Position numbers and translations under genes: made by a program | The notes under the pieces: model-generated | The model's input: only the letters and a program-made list of their open reading frames with translations | What the model was told of the DNA's origin: nothing | Database searches by the model: none | Shown: positions 57,835 through 64,000 of the stretch, in pieces | Numbering within the stretch: the stretch's first letter is position 1 | How the letters are laid out: each line of letters opens with the position of its first letter | Assembly (NCBI GenBank): GCA_038087875.1 | Contig: CM075987.1 | Span: 22,630,001 to 22,694,000, forward strand | Direction: 5' to 3' | Origin: Malacoraja senta | Lineage: Eukaryota | DNA: 64,000 nt

Positions 57835-59334
57835 ACAGCTTGATTGGCTTTTCGCTGATTGGATAGCACGCACCAAAAAAGCTTTCCACTGTACCTCAAT
57901 ACACGTGGAAATACTTCAGAGATAACAGGCCCTTCGGCCCACCGTGTCCACGCCGACCAATGATCACCCAGTACAATAGCACTACCCTAAACACTAGGGT
58001 GTAAATTTACAATTTACAGAGGCCAATTAACATACAATCCTGTACATCTTTGGAATGTTGGAGGAAACTGGAGCACCTGGAGAAAACCCAAATGGCCACA
58101 GGGAGAACGTACAAACTCGGTACAAACAGCACCCATAGTCAGGATCGAACCTGGGTCTCCGGCGCTGTAAGGCAGCACTGTGCCGCCCAATAATAAACTA
58201 AACTGTTACAAACAAAGAATTGCAGATGCTGGTTAATACACAACAGGACATAAATTGCTGGAGTAATTCAGCAGGTCAGGCTGCATCTCTGGAGAACATG
58301 GATAGAGTACGCTTTGGGTTGAGACCCTTCTTCAGGCTTATCAGTTTGAAGAGGGGTCTTGATCCAATAAGTCATCAATCCAGATGCTGCCTGATCCACA
58401 GAGTTACTCCAGCACTTTGTGTTCCAAATGTTCACATCTTCCGCTCTACATTTCTTGTTTATAAAAGCGAGTAATATAGCAGAACAAGCAAAACGCCAAA
58501 CAAGAACCAAGTTAACGACACGGCATCACAAAGAAATATTAACACTGGCGACTAATGGGCAACTTAAAATAAAAGGAGGAAAGCATAGAGGAAAACATGC
58601 TACACAGCTAGTCAGAGCTGTAATTTAATTGCTTTACTCTTCTGTTGAATGCATAGAAAGCCTAAATACCGAGGCAATGACCTAACCATGATAAAACAGA
58701 AAATGCTGGAAACACCCAGCGTGTCAAAAAGCACCTGCGGAAAGAAACGGTCAATGTTTCAAATCTCTCAACCATGAGCAGCATCACAGCAGAGTCCAAT
58801 CCCATCTTCAACACAACCTCTACAGTGTGGCATATTCTGATCTCAGTCATTAGTTATTTATTACAAGACAAGTTTGGCCAATTTACTTACAAACCCATTC
58901 ACTCAATGAGACCAATTTAAGCCTCTCTGTTGCTGAAAACCAAATTAATAATTCAGAAGCTGATAAAAAAACAAATGGCAGAAGCACTCAGCGCCCATAG
59001 ACAGAGAACTGAGAGATAACTTTGCAGGTTGAAGACTGGGAAAAAGCAAAAAGCTGATAACTTGTTTTTAACTGGGGGGGGGGAAAGAAAAGAGGATTTT
59101 CTCTTGGCCCCATTAATCTTTGAAAGGGTGGGGGTAGGATTGGTGAGGCATTATGATGTTGATAACATGTGGTTAACAGATTAATGAAGGGTTAGATAAA
59201 ATAAACACACTAAAGGCAAGTCAAAGTTATGGAAAATTCCCAGATCAGAAAGTATCAGTGCAGAGAGAAATTGAGTTCATAATATAAATGGATCGCCTTT
59301 ACATAACTGGTGGTCCTGATATGAACAAGGAAAG

Positions 59335-59635
59335 CGAGTTACATGAAATTGTTAAATTCAATATTAAGTCTTAAAGACTGCAACATGTCCAGGCAGAAGA
59401 AGAGGTGCTGATTCTCAACCTTTCATTGGAACAGTGCAGGAAGCCACAGACAGATAGGTCAAAGTGGGAGCAGGATAGAGAATTAAAATGACAACCAACT
59501 AAAAGCAGAGGGTTACAACAGTAGACCGAACAAAGGTGTTCTGCTAAGCAATCACCCAGCCTGCATTTTATTTCTTGAATATAGAGGCAACCACATCCTC
59601 AGCAGTGAGTGCAAAACACTAAATTGGAAATGCAA
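59335..59635 (-). mobile_element. Old Penelope-like GIY-YIG remnant
   Basis: Minus strand SNLVFCTHC*GCGCLYIQEIKCRLGDCLAEH. Confidence 0.6.
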
Positions 59636-59686
59636 GCTTCCCTACTGTCATCTTAAGTACAAAGCTCCTCTAGGGAGCACATTTAC

Positions 59687-59782
59687 CAACAGAGCAGCAT
59701 AAAACCAGAACATTTTCAAAGCTGTGCAGCATTTTGGCTTTATAGAAAACTCATTACAGCCTCTTGTCAAATCCTGCCTATC
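59687..59782 (-). other. Candidate non-coding 5' UTR exon of SEC16
   Basis: GCTTTTTGTTTCTGCACAG| acceptor and TTG|GTAAAT donor, 96 nt; the giant exon begins at an acceptor, so upstream exons must exist. Confidence 0.3.
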
Positions 59783-62700
59783 CTGTGCAGAAACAAAAAG
59801 CAAGATGCATTTAGAACTAAACGGCATTTCCCATTTGGATTCAAGTGAATGCAAAACACTAAATTGGAAATTTAGTACAAATTTCCTCTTGGTGGCAAAT
59901 TTAGATTTAGATTTTAGGAAAGATGCATTTGGATCCGATAGGCAATTCCCAATTTGATTTCATTTAAGCCTTTTGCTGAATCCACACACAAACATTCCCT
60001 TGGTGAGCTATTTATAGAATCAGAGCTTTCTCTTCATTAGACAGTGTAATCATTCCGCACGGGAGACCATTTAGCCTCACATGATTCCAGCAGTTATTCT
60101 GGAAATAGTCAGTTGCTCCTACTCCCAATCTTTGCAAGTATTTATACAAAATTCCCTTCTGCACGTCAGTTTTTAATATGCACCCATCATTTCATGCAGT
60201 GAGCCAAAGATGACAACACAATGAAAATACCATCTACCCTCTAATCCTTTTGCAACTTATCCAAAATCTCCTGCTGACAGCAACTATTTCTCCTTATTCA
60301 CTATCAAAATGCCCGGGAAAATTCTATACTTTAGGAAAACACACAACTCTTCTATCTTACTAAATAACTAAAATCACTTACTATGGAGCCAATCCAATAA
60401 ATCTCCTTTGCAACCCAAGTAGGCCTTGATGTGCTTCCCAAAAGAACCAGAAATAGATTTTTCTAATTAGATCCCGGCTCCCAGGATGTGCCACTCCATG
60501 GGGCCAAACGAAAAAAGACCCGTCGGGCCGCGGCCTGCAGGGGGAAGATCGGAAGCTACCAAGCTCAGCCCCAAAGACCAGAGAGTCGAGGAGGGGCGAG
60601 CCGCTGGAAACGACAGACAGGAGTGGACTGGTGGGACTGGATATTGCCTCTAGCGTCTTCGAGGTCAGCTGCTGGAGGTGCCCTCAGGACACAGATGTGG
60701 TCGGGTGAGGAGAGGCACATCGGTTTGTAGGCTGAGCCAGTCGAGGGCGACGGAGGAGGCACTGCGACAGCCTGAGGTTTATCTGGATCGGGAGCCGCTC
60801 CAGTACATCGTGCACCAGGCTTTGGACTTTTTTATAAATGGCGGCAAAATATCGAGACTCGTGCATGGATGATCTAAGCAAAAAGCATTTTACTGTGCAG
60901 TGCACATGTGACAATAAAGCACCATTGAGCTAGTGCCTAGTAATGCCATCAGCCAGCTTTGCCTCACTTTCTTCACTAGCACCCAGCTATACAGACCAAG
61001 CTCCATGCTCATGCCAATACCATGAAGAAACGTCTGTGCAGAAGTAGTCTTTGACAATATTGGAAGATGATCCCAAAGGCAAGAGAATGCAAGAAGGTAG
61101 ACAAAGGAAATAAAGGACAAAACTGGCTTATGATATCCTTCTGTGTTTGCATTTACATAATGAATGGTGTAGTTCTAAAAAGCATTGAGGAGTTCAAGTA
61201 CCCTCAAGGTAATGAAGGTAGCGTACATAATACTGATCTCCATTAGCTAGGGCACAGAATACAACGTTATGGTACAAGTTGATAAAACATTGATTAGACC
61301 ATAACTGGAATACTCCGAGCAGTTCTGGTTATTGCACAATGAAAGGATGTGAGCACTTGAATTGCGAAGGCATCAAAGGCCCATGGATCAAGTGCTGGCA
61401 AATGAGATTAGCATAGATCAGTAATTGATGATCGGCACAGACATGGTGGCCCAAGTGGCCTTTTGCTATGCTGTATGACTCTGAAATTTAGTTTACTTTA
61501 AGTGAAATGATTTGCTATCCACAATATTAGTCACACTTCAAAAAGTGAAAAAGTACTTCATATCTAAAACACCTTGCAATTCCCAGAAGTTATTAAAAAT
61601 CAGTATGAATACACATTTCCTTCCCTTGCATTAATTTGCTCCTGTTGCAAACTGAGCAGTCAGAAGAACAGTCACCTTGGTGGTCAGAGTACTCAAATTG
61701 CAAGACTGAAGTGAAGTGATAAAATGTCACCAGAGTACATCCAGCTTGGTCTTGGGTGATTTGGGGATGGTTTAGGAGATTGTGATACAAGCACACCTCA
61801 AAAGGCTATCATGATCACCTTTTCAGATCAACTACAGGATGGATAATAAACAACTGGTTTTGCCAGCAATGCATACATCCTAAGAATATATTAAACCAAA
61901 GTCCCAGATTAAAAGAGATTAAGTAGAAATTGACAAAAGGACAAACTAAATCACGTTTTTAATACCAAGTAAATGTTTTTAAAATGAGATGCGTGCACCG
62001 CCTTGTGCAATACTGAGCCAGTAAGGCAAGGACGATCCAGTCAGTGCTGAGCTGGCAGTTCTCAAGTTAAGGGTGTTACAGGTGACATCAGTGTGAAAAA
62101 TATATTAATGGGAAAAAAAAAATCAGACAATTTTGCTGCTCTCAACATATGCTGCTAGAATAAGATATGCAGGGGGCAGACTGGTAATCAACAGCAACAC
62201 AGGATTAAAGGGTCTGATGGCTCTCTCCTGCTTCTGCTTGTATTCTTATATCCTGCTCCAGCTGAAACCCACTCCCAGAGTAACCAGTTCACAACAACTG
62301 GGCTGCTAGTATCAATTTCAATCCAGTACAAGTCACAGCATCCTGTAAAATATACTAAACATCACAGAAACATCAAGACGTTGCACTCCTCCGATTCCAT
62401 CTGACTGAACAAAGTTTCACCTTAAAGATCATCCCTTTCCCCTGCTTCAAGTACACGTTTGTTCCTGCATCAGAAACAATCGTTGGCCAGCGTTTTAAGC
62501 CCATTGAAAGGTTAAAGTTAATTATATATTAACTCTTTTCACTTTTCCAAAGTTCCACGTCACAATTAAACATCTATCAGTGCCAGTTAAAGACTGACAC
62601 CTCCCTCACAATAACACAAGTTAAAATGCCTTTTATCTGCAAGAAACTTAATGAGCAATGAATAGTCAGCTGGGGGAAAAAAAATACGTGGCACTGAAAC

Positions 62701-63736
62701 AAAAATTAATAAATAATAAAGGATGTTGTGTGATGAATAAATATTCACAAAGATAACTTCCTAGTCCTTCAAATGGCATCATAAAATATTTTACATTACT
62801 CTGAGTGCAATCCAGGCTTCGGTTTAATTTTTTCAAAAAATATTAGCCCCAATTGCGCACTGCTTCCTGAACACTGCAGTGCAGATCATCTTGAATTATG
62901 AGAAATCTGTAAAGCTGCGTTTAAACTCACAATCCCTTCACATGCTACTCACTGTGCTGCAGTTGTCAATCAAATGGCCTTTGCATGTTTGATCATGAGA
63001 ATGTGCAATGTTCAAAGGTTTGAACTGTGTACAGACAGTTTTAATACAGCCCATGAAACAGGTCAGTGGCAGAAAGTGACTGACAGTAGGGAGAAAAATA
63101 AGTGAAATAAAATGAAAGGATAACAAGTACTTTCCAATCTGAGCCCCAATTTCCAAATCTCCACCCCATTACAGTAAGTAAAAATCTGAAAATCTCAAAT
63201 AAAAACAAAAAATGCTAGAGTCAGCAGGTCAGACTGCATCTGTGGAAGGAGAAACAGTTAACGTTTCAGGTCGAAGACTATTCCCCTTGGCCGACTTGTT
63301 GAATGTTTTCTGTTTACTCCCCAGTCAGACCTACGCAACTCACGGCCAACTACCATCACTCCCCCGCAAAAACACCTAAAGCTTTGCAACTTCCAGTCTT
63401 AATTTAGTTCAGACCTTGCCCTTTACCATCAGCCTCTTAGCCCTGTTGGCCACCTCCTTCAACCACCTCCAACAAACCAGACAGTCATCCCCACAGGGAG
63501 TGAGTGAGTGAGGGACCTGGGTCTCTGTCAAGAGTCAAGAGTGTTTTATTGTCATGTCGCAGATAGAACAATGAAATTCTTACTTGCAGCAGCACAACAG
63601 AATATATAAGCATAATACACTGTAAACAGTATAAACAAGAAAAAGTTGTGTATAAGGACATACACTCACACACACATAAAAAACATATATACACGTAAAA
63701 AACACATATATACACACACATATGCGCACGCATGAA

Positions 63737-63939
63737 NNNNNNNNNNNNNNNNNNNNNNNNNNNNNNNNNNNNNNNNNNNNNNNNNNNNNNNNNNNNNNNN
63801 NNNNNNNNNNNNNNNNNNNNNNNNNNNNNNNNNNNNNNNNNNNNNNNNNNNNNNNNNNNNNNNNNNNNNNNNNNNNNNNNNNNNNNNNNNNNNNNNNNNN
63901 NNNNNNNNNNNNNNNNNNNNNNNNNNNNNNNNNNNNNNN
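63737..63939. other. Assembly gap (203 N) within a Rex-type tail and (CA/TA) microsatellite
   Basis: Run of N. Confidence 0.99.
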
Positions 63940-64000
63940 ATAACTGCAAAAAGACAAAACCAATGCCAGCAAGTGTATGTATTTATGAGCTTATTTGGAG

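Noticed and set aside
60470-60925. GC-rich patch as the SEC16 promoter
   Set aside because: It ends in a retroposon-like CACATGTGACAATAAA tail; the true promoter probably lies beyond the gap.
63485-63972. ORFs spanning the N run
   Set aside because: Gap artefacts.

Overview
Eukaryotic genomic DNA. The repeat content (CR1-type LINEs, tRNA-derived V-SINEs, Rex1/Babar, Penelope-like elements) points to a cartilaginous fish, probably a skate or ray (inference). Most of the window is one minus-strand SEC16A-type gene (COPII ER-exit-site scaffold). I traced 29 coding exons by hand from ATG 51916 to TAA 11439, about 2290 aa once four single-base frameshifts are repaired. All four lie in coding exons 1 and 3; the remaining exons are intact and phase-consistent. 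Downstream on the same strand are a CpG-island promoter and the first coding exon (3177-3988) of an INPP5E-like gene, the same SEC16A-INPP5E order as in human. The most interesting non-genic signals are (i) many short Penelope-derived elements carrying a minimal hammerhead-ribozyme-like core (CTGAAGA-stem II-GAAAC-GTC), several inserted as hairpins folded at that core and flanked by 12-17 bp direct repeats, and (ii) three unrelated CpG-rich PIF/Harbinger-type MITEs sharing one terminus and a TAA target duplication. An assembly gap lies at 63737-63939. No prokaryotic systems, CRISPR arrays, rRNA or true tRNA genes were seen.
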